From a bacterium (lineage in GTDB: Bacteria > Zixibacteria > MSB-5A5 > GN15 > FEB-12), in contig JBDRNJ010000044.1 in assembly GCA_043811375.1 (NCBI GenBank), positions 4,575 to 68,574 on the forward strand: 64,000 nucleotides of DNA, given 5' to 3'. The notes beneath the pieces were generated by a model, which was not told where the DNA came from, searched no databases, and was given only the letters and a program-made list of their open reading frames with translations. The position numbers and the translations under genes are program-made. The stretch's first letter is position 1; the number at the start of each line of letters is the position of its first letter. Below, piece after piece: positions 28,961 to 40,148 of the stretch.

Positions 28961-29242
28961 GGCAGATTCCTCTCGATAGTACAAGCGGCAGAAGCAAACG
29001 GCCGGGAAGCATATCATGCTGATGCAATTCCTGCTCCGCGGCCTGCGGGAACACGGATATGTCTTGACGCGGCTTCCGCCTCGTTTATCCTCTCTCTTTT
29101 TGAATATACTCTTTTGCCCGGTTTTGTCCACAAAAAACTTGGCACCGCCGGCGGGAATAACCGGGATGTTATCACAGGCGGGAGTTCTAAGGGAAAGAAT
29201 CGTTTGTTGCCCGACGACCGGTCATCACCGTAGATTCCGACT

Positions 29243-30373
29243 ATGATAGCCGATTACCTGAGTTGGTACAAAGACCTGGAAATGGAATTATGGGGCCAAC
29301 CGGGCATACACCCGCTGCTTTCCAGCTCCGTCAGCGAACCGACCTCGATGCTACAGAACGACATCAGGAAGTTCGCCGATGAATGTCACTTGCGCCTGGA
29401 CCTCTCCAATGCCTGGGGTCATCCGTTGCTGGTCGAACAGATCGCGAACAGTTATGGTGTCACCTCACGAAACGTCGTGCTTACCTACGGTGTCTCCAAT
29501 GGCATTTATCTGTTGTACCGAGCGTTGCTCACGCCGGGAGATCACGTCGTGGTCGAGTCGCCAGTATACGGGCCGCTGGTAACTGTGGCAACGGTCGGCG
29601 GAGCTCATATCGATTTTCTGCCGAGGTCGTCGCCTGACTATCGGCTGGATCTTGACCGCATGGCTCGGGTTGTCAAACCGAAGACCAGGCTGTTGATCAT
29701 AAGCAATCTCCACAACCCCACCGGTGCGCTGCTGAGCAATGATGAACTGACCGAACTGGCCGCACGCGCCAGGACAATCAACCCCGCCATCATGATTGTC
29801 GTCGATGAGGTATACCATGATTTTATTCTTGGTCAACAACCTCCCGCGGCAACACTGGACGATTGCTTTCTTTCTCTCAACAGCCTGACCAAAGTCTACG
29901 GCCTGGGCTGTATCCACTACGGTTGGATACTGGCGCCGGCGGCGATAGCAGATAGAATCAGACAGATACATATGACTGTACAGGGTTCCGGATCGAAGAT
30001 GGTTGAGGGTGTGACATCCGTCATTTTTGAACATCTGGACGCATATCTACACCGATCTCTTCAGCTTGTAGGCACCAACCGGGAACTGGTGCGCCAGTGC
30101 CTGGCACCTCTTATGATAGATGGTCTGTTATCCGGACGGATACCGACCGAAGGTTGCATCTGCTTTCCGAAGGTCCAGAATGTCTCCGACACGACCGTTC
30201 TTGCATCTGAGATGGCTGATAAATTCGGTGTATACGTTGTTCCCGGCAAATTCTTCGGAGAGTCGGACTGCGTGCGTATCGGGTTTGGAGACGAGACAGA
30301 ACGACTGCGGGTCAGCCTGGAGAGATTCACCCGGGCAGTCCGGGAACTCATCCGGCAACACCCCAGAGGTTGA
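29243..30373 (+). CDS. PLP-dependent aminotransferase, class I/II
   Basis: Fold-type I pattern (NLHNPTG, VDEVY, PLP-lysine SLTKVYGLG). Specificity unknown. Confidence 0.8.
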   Translation: MIADYLSWYKDLEMELWGQPGIHPLLSSSVSEPTSMLQNDIRKFADECHLRLDLSNAWGHPLLVEQIANSYGVTSRNVVLTYGVSNGIYLLYRALLTPGDHVVVESPVYGPLVTVATVGGAHIDFLPRSSPDYRLDLDRMARVVKPKTRLLIISNLHNPTGALLSNDELTELAARARTINPAIMIVVDEVYHDFILGQQPPAATLDDCFLSLNSLTKVYGLGCIHYGWILAPAAIADRIRQIHMTVQGSGSKMVEGVTSVIFEHLDAYLHRSLQLVGTNRELVRQCLAPLMIDGLLSGRIPTEGCICFPKVQNVSDTTVLASEMADKFGVYVVPGKFFGESDCVRIGFGDETERLRVSLERFTRAVRELIRQHPRG

Positions 30374-30403
30374 TAACAAGATTAATAAAAGGGTCGATGA
30401 CCC

Positions 30404-31618
30404 TCACATTCGAAACAGTACCGATTCCTTCTCAAACCATTTCCGAGAAAACAGCAGGCTGAGCCCCGCCAGCACAGTATTCGACACCAGCGCCAGCAGG
30501 ACAAAGTGCCACTCCACTGTCCCCGAAACCGCATCCTTAATGATCAGGCTGACGTTGACCACCGGGATTAAAGCCGTCTCGTAGCCCAACTCAACACCGG
30601 GCAGGAAAGATGCAAATGCGGGCAGGATTATGGCGAAGTTAAGCGCCGTCACATAGCTCTGCGCCTCTTTGAATGATCGGGCAAAAATCGAGACCGACAG
30701 CAGGATTCCAGCGAAGATACCCGCCAACGGCAGAATGGTCAGAAGAACCAGGAGCACCGTCTGGGGATCGAACTCAATCGCCAGCATCTGGCCCGCCCCC
30801 TTGAGAAGATCCTCGACCATATACTTCATTGAAAAGGTCAGGCTTCCCATCGATAGAAAGGCTGCCACGATCCCGGTTGTAAGCACAACCAGGTACTTGC
30901 CGACAACGAACTCCCCCCTGGATGCCGGTGAGACCAGCAGCGTTTCCAGTGTGCCCCGTTCCTTTTCTCCGGCCGCCAGGTCGATAGCCGGATACATAGC
31001 CCCCATGAAACACATGATAATGATCAGATACGGCAGGATCAGGCCCAGCTCCTTGCCGATCATTTTCTGCATCGGCGCCACGTTCTTATAATCGACAGAA
31101 AACGGAGTCAGCACCGCGATAGAGATGTCACGCTGTGCCAGTCGATAGTGGACAGTCTGATCCTTAAACTCGATCAGTATTTTTTCAACCCTGTCTTTGG
31201 CGAACTCAGACTTGATTTCAGCGCCGTCGTAGAGCACTTCAATCTCGGCTGGCTTCTCTTGCGCCAGATTGGAATCGAAGTCTGCGGAGGCAATAACCAG
31301 GACATCGATATTGCCCTGCCGCAGTTCCTCGGTCAGGTCCACCGCCTCATAATCGTCTTCTGTCCGTAACGTTAATCCGGATGCCTGAGTGAATTGATCC
31401 TGCAACTCTCCGGGCAGGAAAGCCAGCCCCTCAATCACGACCACCGACATCTCCTCCTTCACCTTGGTGATCTGGCTCACCATCAGTTTGGACATGCCCA
31501 TCATCAGCAGCGGAACAGCGACCACCGGGATAAGGAGCATAAAGATCAATGTGCGTCGATCGCGGAGAGTATCGGTCATTTCCTTTTTGAAAATGATAGC
31601 TACTTTGGACAGTTGCAT
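30404..31618 (-). CDS. ABC-2 type transporter permease (NatB-like)
   Basis: 404 aa. One N-terminal TM helix, an extracytoplasmic domain and a C-terminal 5-TM ABC-2 bundle. Adjacent to its ATPase. Confidence 0.8.
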   Translation of the reverse strand: MQLSKVAIIFKKEMTDTLRDRRTLIFMLLIPVVAVPLLMMGMSKLMVSQITKVKEEMSVVVIEGLAFLPGELQDQFTQASGLTLRTEDDYEAVDLTEELRQGNIDVLVIASADFDSNLAQEKPAEIEVLYDGAEIKSEFAKDRVEKILIEFKDQTVHYRLAQRDISIAVLTPFSVDYKNVAPMQKMIGKELGLILPYLIIIMCFMGAMYPAIDLAAGEKERGTLETLLVSPASRGEFVVGKYLVVLTTGIVAAFLSMGSLTFSMKYMVEDLLKGAGQMLAIEFDPQTVLLVLLTILPLAGIFAGILLSVSIFARSFKEAQSYVTALNFAIILPAFASFLPGVELGYETALIPVVNVSLIIKDAVSGTVEWHFVLLALVSNTVLAGLSLLFSRKWFEKESVLFRM

Positions 31619-31620
31619 TG

Positions 31621-32352
31621 TTACTCTCCCACGATCTTGATAAAGGCGCTTTCCAGGTTGTCGGTATCGGTCTGCTGCAGCATTTGCTGCACCGTGCCTT
31701 CGGCATAAAGGCGGCCCTGGTGAATTATCCCCACTTTATCGCACAGGCGCATGGCTTCACTCATGATGTGCGTGGAGAATATCACCGTCTTGTCCTCATC
31801 GGCACACCGCTGGATAAACTCGACAATTGTGCGTGAACTCATAACATCGAGTCCTGTGGTTGGTTCGTCGAAAACCATCACCGGTGGATCGTGTATGACT
31901 GATCGCGCAATCGACACTTTCTGTTTCATACCGGAGGAGAGCTTCTCGTTGCGGGAATCGGCGAAATTTCGCATATCCAGCATCTCAAACAATTTCTCCG
32001 TTCTTTCCTTTATTCGGTCGGGTGTCATTCCGTACAGTCGGCCAAAATACCGAACCATCTCTCGCGCCGTCAGGCGACCGTAGAGACCGGTGTTGCCGGA
32101 AAGAAAACCGATACGGGCGCGCACCTGCTGTGGCTCATCTGTTACATCGATACCGTCAATGACGGCCGTCCCCGAGGTCGGTTTCAAGGCTGTGGACAAC
32201 ATACGCAACGTGGTTGTCTTGCCGGCGCCGTTGGGACCGAGCAAACCGTAGATTTCCCCCGGACGACAATTGAATGTCACCCCGTCGACCGCCCGCACTT
32301 CACCTCTCTTCTTGTCCTTGAAAATCTTGGTGAGTTCACTGGCTTGTATCAT
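31621..32352 (-). CDS. ABC transporter ATP-binding protein (NatA-like)
   Basis: Walker [10 protein letters not shown], signature LSSGMKQKV and Walker B VMVFDEPT. Confidence 0.9.
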   Translation of the reverse strand: MIQASELTKIFKDKKRGEVRAVDGVTFNCRPGEIYGLLGPNGAGKTTTLRMLSTALKPTSGTAVIDGIDVTDEPQQVRARIGFLSGNTGLYGRLTAREMVRYFGRLYGMTPDRIKERTEKLFEMLDMRNFADSRNEKLSSGMKQKVSIARSVIHDPPVMVFDEPTTGLDVMSSRTIVEFIQRCADEDKTVIFSTHIMSEAMRLCDKVGIIHQGRLYAEGTVQQMLQQTDTDNLESAFIKIVGE

Positions 32353-32436
32353 TTCATAACCTCAACAATTGCGGTCAATTTATGCAGTGGATGCAGTTAA
32401 CTCAACCATTATTGCAATGGAAATCGTCGGCTGCTT

Positions 32437-34518
32437 TCACTGATTACGCTTACCATTAAGATGTTGTTTCAACTGCGGGTGGTCTTTCTGCATTCCCATA
32501 ACATATCCCGGGTCCAGACCCTTCTTGACGGCGTACTCGTAAGCCCGGGCGGCATGGTAATAGGCCTGTCGTTCAAGGTAAGCGTCCCCGGCCTGTCGGA
32601 AGTAGTCATAGGCTACTGCCGAACCGGTAAATATTCGCGTGACATACTCCAGAGAGCGGTCAAACTCGCCCCGCCGGACACAAATGGAGGCCAGTCCGGC
32701 CAGGGCATTGTGTTCGTTACTGTCGATTACCAGCGTCTTAAGAAACAGTATTTCGGCGCGCTCGTCCTGTTGCAGGCGCATGTAGATCGTGGCCAGGTTG
32801 TTCATAGTGGAAGCGTTATACGGATTGAGGCCGTCGGCGATTCTTGTCATTACCAGAGCGCTGTCAAGATTCCCCTGCTTCAGATAGCAGACTCCCAGGT
32901 TGGTGTGAGCATCGTACGACAGGGGATTATGAGCGAGTGTCTGTTGGAAATATGCCATTGCTTCAGTGTACCTGCCTTGACTGACCAACCGGCGACCCTG
33001 GCGACTAAGCCGGACTTCCGGAAAATCAGCCTCGATACGATCTTCTTCTTTTCGAGCGGCTGCGTGGTTGCCTTGTTGCTCGTGGTAGTTGACCAGCAGT
33101 CGGCGGGCATTGCGATTCCGAATCATATCCATAATGAGATAATCCTCGAAATGAGCCAGCCCGATTCGGTCAACCGTCTGTGCGGCAACACGGGGACCGA
33201 GCACCAGCAGTCCCAACGCAATCGCCGGCACCACGACCGAAAGCGCTACTCGCGAATCGCGATTGCTGGTCAGAGCATAATGATAATAGAAAACTGCCAG
33301 CGGCACTCCGACGACAGAGAAGAGGTCCCAGTTGCGGGGCATACCGATTCCGGGATTGAGAACGAACACTGCTCCCATAGTCGACAATGACAACACCAGC
33401 AGAAAGCGGTGCTCCGGTCGGGCAAACCACTCCCTGGCGGGTGTGAGGACCAGCGCCGTCACCAGTACCGGTAGTCCCGGGAGCAGGATAAGACACAGGT
33501 TGGCGATATCAACCAGGTGTTTCCCCGAGAAGAGCCAGTCGCTTTCGATGGTGAAGCGATCCGGGAACGGTGGCAGCAGGGCAAATGTGAAAAAGAAATA
33601 GTGCGTGTACAGGTAGTAATACACGCCCGCCGACAGCATCAGCAACCCGGCAGCAAGCAGAACCCTGATCCTGACGTTTCGACCAAACAACCACTTGGCA
33701 GGGCGGGAATCTCTGAACAAAAGGTAGATCAGACCGGGCAGCAACGTTACCGCAAACAGATGGAAGAAAAGTGCTGGTAGTACCGGCACCACTGCCCACC
33801 AGCGTGACAACCTGCCTTTGACAATAGCCACCCCGATCAGAGTGAACTGCATCACCGCCACGAGAAACAGGGCATAATTTTCAACATAACCAAAGAACAG
33901 CAGCATATACCCACTCGATGCCAAACCCAGCAGGAAAAGGAATCGCTGAAGGTAACCATCGAAGAGACGGTACGACCAATATGCCACTCCCATCAGCATC
34001 AGAACACCTGACACTATCGAAATAATCTGAAAGGTCAGCAACGCATCAGCCTCTCCATCACTTCCTAACAGGTAATACAGTGTTTGGTTGACAAATGAAG
34101 TTCCCATGTCCCAGACCTTTACCGAGGGTGCGCCTTCGGCCAGACGGGCCAGTAACTGGTAGCCGTCGCCGAGAAAATGCGTCGTGGCGCGAAAAATCAC
34201 GAACATGAGCAGGAAGACAGCAACAGTAATAACAGCCGGCAGCAGGAAGCGCTGTGACGAATCACTTCCGGCGCGCTTGCGTTTGTCATGTCTGGTTGGT
34301 TGCTTTAACAGTCGGGACAGTAGCGGGGGGAGGATCAGCCCCAGCACCAACAAGCCATACTTGGCTGCAACCGGCAGATAGGCCCACCAGTTGAGTCCCC
34401 AGATTCTAACTTCCGGGAAAAATGAAGCAAAAAGCAGCAGACCAAGCATGAGATAATAGACGGCAAACAAGTACTGTTGACGATGTTTGTCGGCAGAGTA
34501 TGTGTTACGTACGTTCAC
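32437..34518 (-). CDS. polytopic membrane protein (GT-C-like N-terminal region) with C-terminal TPR repeats
   Basis: 693 aa. About 11 predicted TM helices over the first roughly 440 aa, then TPR repeats. The architecture resembles TPR-fused GT-C glycosyltransferases. No catalytic motif verified. Confidence 0.55.
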   Translation of the reverse strand: MNVRNTYSADKHRQQYLFAVYYLMLGLLLFASFFPEVRIWGLNWWAYLPVAAKYGLLVLGLILPPLLSRLLKQPTRHDKRKRAGSDSSQRFLLPAVITVAVFLLMFVIFRATTHFLGDGYQLLARLAEGAPSVKVWDMGTSFVNQTLYYLLGSDGEADALLTFQIISIVSGVLMLMGVAYWSYRLFDGYLQRFLFLLGLASSGYMLLFFGYVENYALFLVAVMQFTLIGVAIVKGRLSRWWAVVPVLPALFFHLFAVTLLPGLIYLLFRDSRPAKWLFGRNVRIRVLLAAGLLMLSAGVYYYLYTHYFFFTFALLPPFPDRFTIESDWLFSGKHLVDIANLCLILLPGLPVLVTALVLTPAREWFARPEHRFLLVLSLSTMGAVFVLNPGIGMPRNWDLFSVVGVPLAVFYYHYALTSNRDSRVALSVVVPAIALGLLVLGPRVAAQTVDRIGLAHFEDYLIMDMIRNRNARRLLVNYHEQQGNHAAARKEEDRIEADFPEVRLSRQGRRLVSQGRYTEAMAYFQQTLAHNPLSYDAHTNLGVCYLKQGNLDSALVMTRIADGLNPYNASTMNNLATIYMRLQQDERAEILFLKTLVIDSNEHNALAGLASICVRRGEFDRSLEYVTRIFTGSAVAYDYFRQAGDAYLERQAYYHAARAYEYAVKKGLDPGYVMGMQKDHPQLKQHLNGKRNQ

Positions 34519-34660
34519 GGCGATTCAATGTGCCTTCATCCGGGTCGTGTTAGTCACAACTTGTATTTCCATCTTGCCGGGCAGCTTTTCCCGAGACCTG
34601 CCGACTGCTGCTTGATATTATGAGAAAGACTACCGGGTAGCAAGACTAAAACCCGACGAT

Positions 34661-34729
34661 GCGACGTGGCTATCTCATTGAGTGCGCGGCGTATGTCCAC
34701 ATGCGCCGCGTTCTGTCGGCAGATGTGGA
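34661..34729. repeat. repeat module C, copy C1 (left part, interrupted by element A2)
   Basis: GCGACGTGGCTATCTCATTGA (same as the module D left arm), then GTGCGCGGCGTATGTCCACATGCGCCGCGTTCTGTCGGCAGATGTG. The right remainder TGGACATCT follows at 34906-34914. Homologous to 63661-63739. Confidence 0.8.
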
Positions 34730-34905
34730 GAGGTTGTTCCAAAAGGTAATTATTCTAACGCGCGTAGAGCGGGGGCTTGTCTCCCGCCAATAAAAGTGGC
34801 GATGCTACCGGCGGACATAAAGCCCGCCGCTACGCGGGTTTACCGGGTGACGATTTATTAGATGCAACATTAAATGCACCCAAAGCTGACTTGTGGGACA
34901 GCCTC
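34730..34905. mobile_element. 176-bp MITE-like element, copy A2 (inserted into repeat C1)
   Basis: 167 of 176 nt identical to A1. TIRs GAGGTTGTTCCA...TGGGACAGCCTC. Flanked by TG/TG. Removing it restores the 10-bp hairpin arms ATGTCCACAT/ATGTGGACAT seen intact in C2. Confidence 0.8.
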
Positions 34906-35010
34906 TGGACATCTACCGGCCACAGAGAAGCATACCGCTCTATTCTGTAGACAGATGCAGGTCGGGTTCCGGCGGCAAACCGCACTTATGAGAAACCCGA
35001 CACATTCAGC

Positions 35011-35060
35011 TTTTATGTAGTTGCGGCAGGTCTTGCTCGCTGGGCGAGTGTGACCTGTCG
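35011..35060. repeat. partial copy of repeat family B (5' part)
   Basis: TTTATGT..CAGGTCTTG....GTGTGACCTG.CG aligns with 26131-26180. Confidence 0.5.
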
Positions 35061-35076
35061 CATGAGTAAAGAATAC

Positions 35077-35908
35077 CTACTTAAGCAGCATCATCTTTTT
35101 GGCGGTGCGGAAGTACTTCGTCTCGATTCGGTAGAAGTAGACGCCGGTCGGGGAGGGGTTGCCCTCAGCATCGGTGCCGTCCCACGAAGTGGCGTGATCA
35201 CCGGCAGATTGGGTCTCGTCGACAAGCGTAGTTACATGCCGACCGAGCAGATCATAAACGACCACCCGAACGTGTGTCCGGGCACCCAGAGTATACTCGA
35301 TCTCAGTGGTTGGGTTAAACGGGTTGGGGGTAGTTAGCGCTCAGCTCATAAGATTCCGGTGCAATCCGGTCACCGTCAGCGGCATCGGCAGGTGAACCGG
35401 GATGGTACTGCAAGTCAAAAACCGAACGGTACAGAATGAATTCCTTTTCCGGATTGGACAAAGTTATTTCGAGATTGCCGTTTTCGAGAGGAGACCCTAC
35501 GACGTCCATGTAGTCATTACCATCCGGATCCAGCACAAAGTGGCGCTTGACCACGTTCTCCAGATTGATGGTGTCAACCGTCAACTCGATATCATCGTGG
35601 GAGTAGCTGCGCAGATATAGTTTCAGCCGGGCTGTTCTCACTGAACCGTCAGGCAGCAGCGGCGGGTAGATATCCAGCACCGAATGGGAGTACGTAATAT
35701 CGTGGGTGGGGACTCCGAACCCGGGATTACCTTCGAGTGTCTCCTGCCACAACACCGAACCGCCATCAGAAACGTCGATAGTGATCCGATAGGTGGCGAC
35801 ATCGGTTATCGCCTCCTGGAAAAACACCTCGGCCGACGCCGACATAGCACCGGCGGCTATCAGAACCGGCAACATCAGGACCAACAAATAGAGCTTTGAT
35901 CGGGACAC
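35077..35908 (-). pseudogene. secreted protein with T9SS type-A C-terminal sorting domain, disrupted by a +1 frameshift
   Basis: ORFs 35315-35908 and 35077-35265 are two pieces of one gene. The upstream piece ends ...LSANYPQPV*. Removing one C from the C5 run (G5 at 35326-35330 on the plus strand) gives the canonical NYPNPFNPTTEIEYTL...VYDLLGRHV...GVYFYRI...KKMMLLK. The 832-nt span is 3n+1. Confidence 0.8.
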
Positions 35909-36347
35909 ACATCACCTCCGTTTACATGCAGTCATGCAAGCCTCGTGCCTGTTCTTGGAATAGATTACTACTATATCTGCCATGGGATTACCGATACCCC
36001 ACGGTAAGTATTCCACCAACAATCTGAAATGGTTTGCACTGATAACGTCGAGCTTGCAGAGTCATTATCTATGGTGGGAGTCCATAGATCAGCAGCCTGC
36101 CTGTCGGAAGCCGGCACCATAAGGCCAATTTTCCTGTAACAACACTATTGTTAACGGATTTACACCATGGCGGGATAACCGGTGTGACTCTGTAAACCAC
36201 AGGGTAACAGCTTGTTGTGAGGCTACAAACAACGGTGTAGTTTTCGCTTGCTAAATGTTTCACAAGGCAATATATTCCCGCCCAATTTCTGGGAACGTGA
36301 TTGAAATGACAAAACAACATAACTAACTCTAACAGGAGAAGCTGTTG

Positions 36348-38330
<1,983 letters not shown>

Positions 38331-38358
38331 TTAAGATAGTCACAGCGACTGATTATAG

Positions 38359-38393
38359 CAGGGACATGGCCTGTAAACATGTCCCTGTTTTTT
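38359..38393 (+). terminator. rho-independent terminator of hppA
   Basis: CAGGGACATG (38359-38368) / CATGTCCCTG (38378-38387), followed by TTTTTT. Confidence 0.8.
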
Positions 38394-38692
38394 ATCGAAA
38401 GCGATCGAATACGAAACCGGTCACTGGGTATAATTGTGTAGAACCAGGTCACAGCAATGAAACATTAGCCTGGTATGTTCGTTTATTGTGACCATGAAGG
38501 AGACATAGATGGAGCCGGAAATAAGTGTATCTAACGCGCCACACGCGATTGGCAGGAGGTTTTCAATTGTCACGGTCACCTGTGCAACAAAGGATATCTA
38601 TTCTCGGTCAGATATATTGAGAATGATGGCAATATTGTACATCATTGCGATGATAACGATGAGCAGATTGCTTTCTTAGAGGAGTGTATTAT

Positions 38693-40105
38693 ATGAAGTG
38701 TTTGGTCAAAGCTGGTCTCACGGCTGTATTGGTGGTTCTGACTGCTTCCATGGCCTTCAGCGAACCACTGACCCTTGATGATTGCATCGAACTGGCTCTG
38801 AAAAACCGAGCATCCATTATAGCCGCACGCGGCGAGGAAACATTAGCCAAATGGGGTACGCGAACCGCTCTGGGGGCATTTCTGCCGCGGGTTAACGCTT
38901 CTTATTCCCATTCCAAGACTAAAGATGCCGACATCAAGTCAGATGACCTGGAGCCTTCAGCGTGGGGTGTGTTCTATGATACAGCGATATTCCTGAACAT
39001 GGACAGCAGTGTGGCTGACAGCTTTCTGGTTGAATACCAAAGTCCGGTAGCGTATGAGGTGGTCCAAAAGATGTATGGAGACCAAGACAGGGTGGGCAAG
39101 TCTTACGGGGTGGACGCTCGCATGTCGCTGTTTGATCTGGCCAACTGGTTCAATTATGCGGGTGCCAAGGCTGGTCGGGCCAAGGCTCATCTCGATGTAA
39201 TAGCCTCTGAGCAGGCTCTGATATACTCCGTCAAGGTGTCGTATTATGCCTACCTGGCCACCATAGAGAACGTGGCTGTTCAGGAACAGGCGGTCGAACG
39301 GAGCGAGGAACAACTCAAGTTGATCAACTCGAAGTTTGAACTCGGATCGGCATCGAAATCCGATGTGCTTAAGCAGAAAGTGCAGTTCGGCAACGATAAA
39401 CTGACTCTGTTATCCGCTCAGAATGCGGTTACCTCGACCAGGGCCGGTCTGGCCTATACGATCGGGATTAACCCCGCCAGTGATGTCGAGTTCTCCACAG
39501 ATTACACTATTCGTGAATTCAGCGGCACTCTAGATGAAGCCATTACCTTTGGCATAGAGCATGAGCCCGGTCTGCTGGCTTCCCATAAGAGCCTGGATAT
39601 GGCCCGGCATTCAGTCCGGTCGCGCTGGTCGGAGTACATGCCGAAGCTTGCCGGATGGGCTTCTATCGGTTGGTCGGACGGCACCAGGGGTGATACCGTT
39701 ACTTTCAATTTCTCTTCCAAGTCAACCACTATCGGTCTCCAGGTGACCTACAACATATTCGACGGCTTCTGGCGCGAGCGGAACCTGAGCACTGCCAGGG
39801 TCCGCCAGAACACCGCCCGGGCCGAACTGGCCGATATGCGCAACCGGGTGAGTCGAGATATCAACACCGCCTACCTGGATATCAAGCAACTGCGCGAAAA
39901 AAAGAACGTGGCCCGGGAAACGGTCGAGGCAGCCGGGGAAGACCTCAAAATTACACAGGAAAAATACTCTCTCGGTGCGGCCACTATCCTTGATTTGCTG
40001 GACGCTCAAGTGTCCCTGAAAGAAGCTCAGGTCTCAATGATCAGTACCGATTTCGACCTGAACCTGGCTGTTGCCAAGCTGGAACATGCCATGGGAAAAA
40101 TGTGA
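38693..40105 (+). CDS. TolC-family outer-membrane efflux protein
   Basis: Signal peptide, the opening LTLDDCIELALKNRASI typical of OEP family proteins, and two OEP repeats. AGGAG 9 nt upstream of the ATG at 38693. Confidence 0.85.
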   Translation: MKCLVKAGLTAVLVVLTASMAFSEPLTLDDCIELALKNRASIIAARGEETLAKWGTRTALGAFLPRVNASYSHSKTKDADIKSDDLEPSAWGVFYDTAIFLNMDSSVADSFLVEYQSPVAYEVVQKMYGDQDRVGKSYGVDARMSLFDLANWFNYAGAKAGRAKAHLDVIASEQALIYSVKVSYYAYLATIENVAVQEQAVERSEEQLKLINSKFELGSASKSDVLKQKVQFGNDKLTLLSAQNAVTSTRAGLAYTIGINPASDVEFSTDYTIREFSGTLDEAITFGIEHEPGLLASHKSLDMARHSVRSRWSEYMPKLAGWASIGWSDGTRGDTVTFNFSSKSTTIGLQVTYNIFDGFWRERNLSTARVRQNTARAELADMRNRVSRDINTAYLDIKQLREKKNVARETVEAAGEDLKITQEKYSLGAATILDLLDAQVSLKEAQVSMISTDFDLNLAVAKLEHAMGKM

Positions 40106-40148
40106 TCGTTTAGGATATAGTAAGCCTTAAGGTAAGGATACATAGAGA

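Noticed and set aside
38509-38676. 55-codon plus-strand ORF between the hppA terminator and tolC.
   Set aside because: No RBS, no motif and odd composition. More likely it is promoter or leader sequence of the efflux operon.
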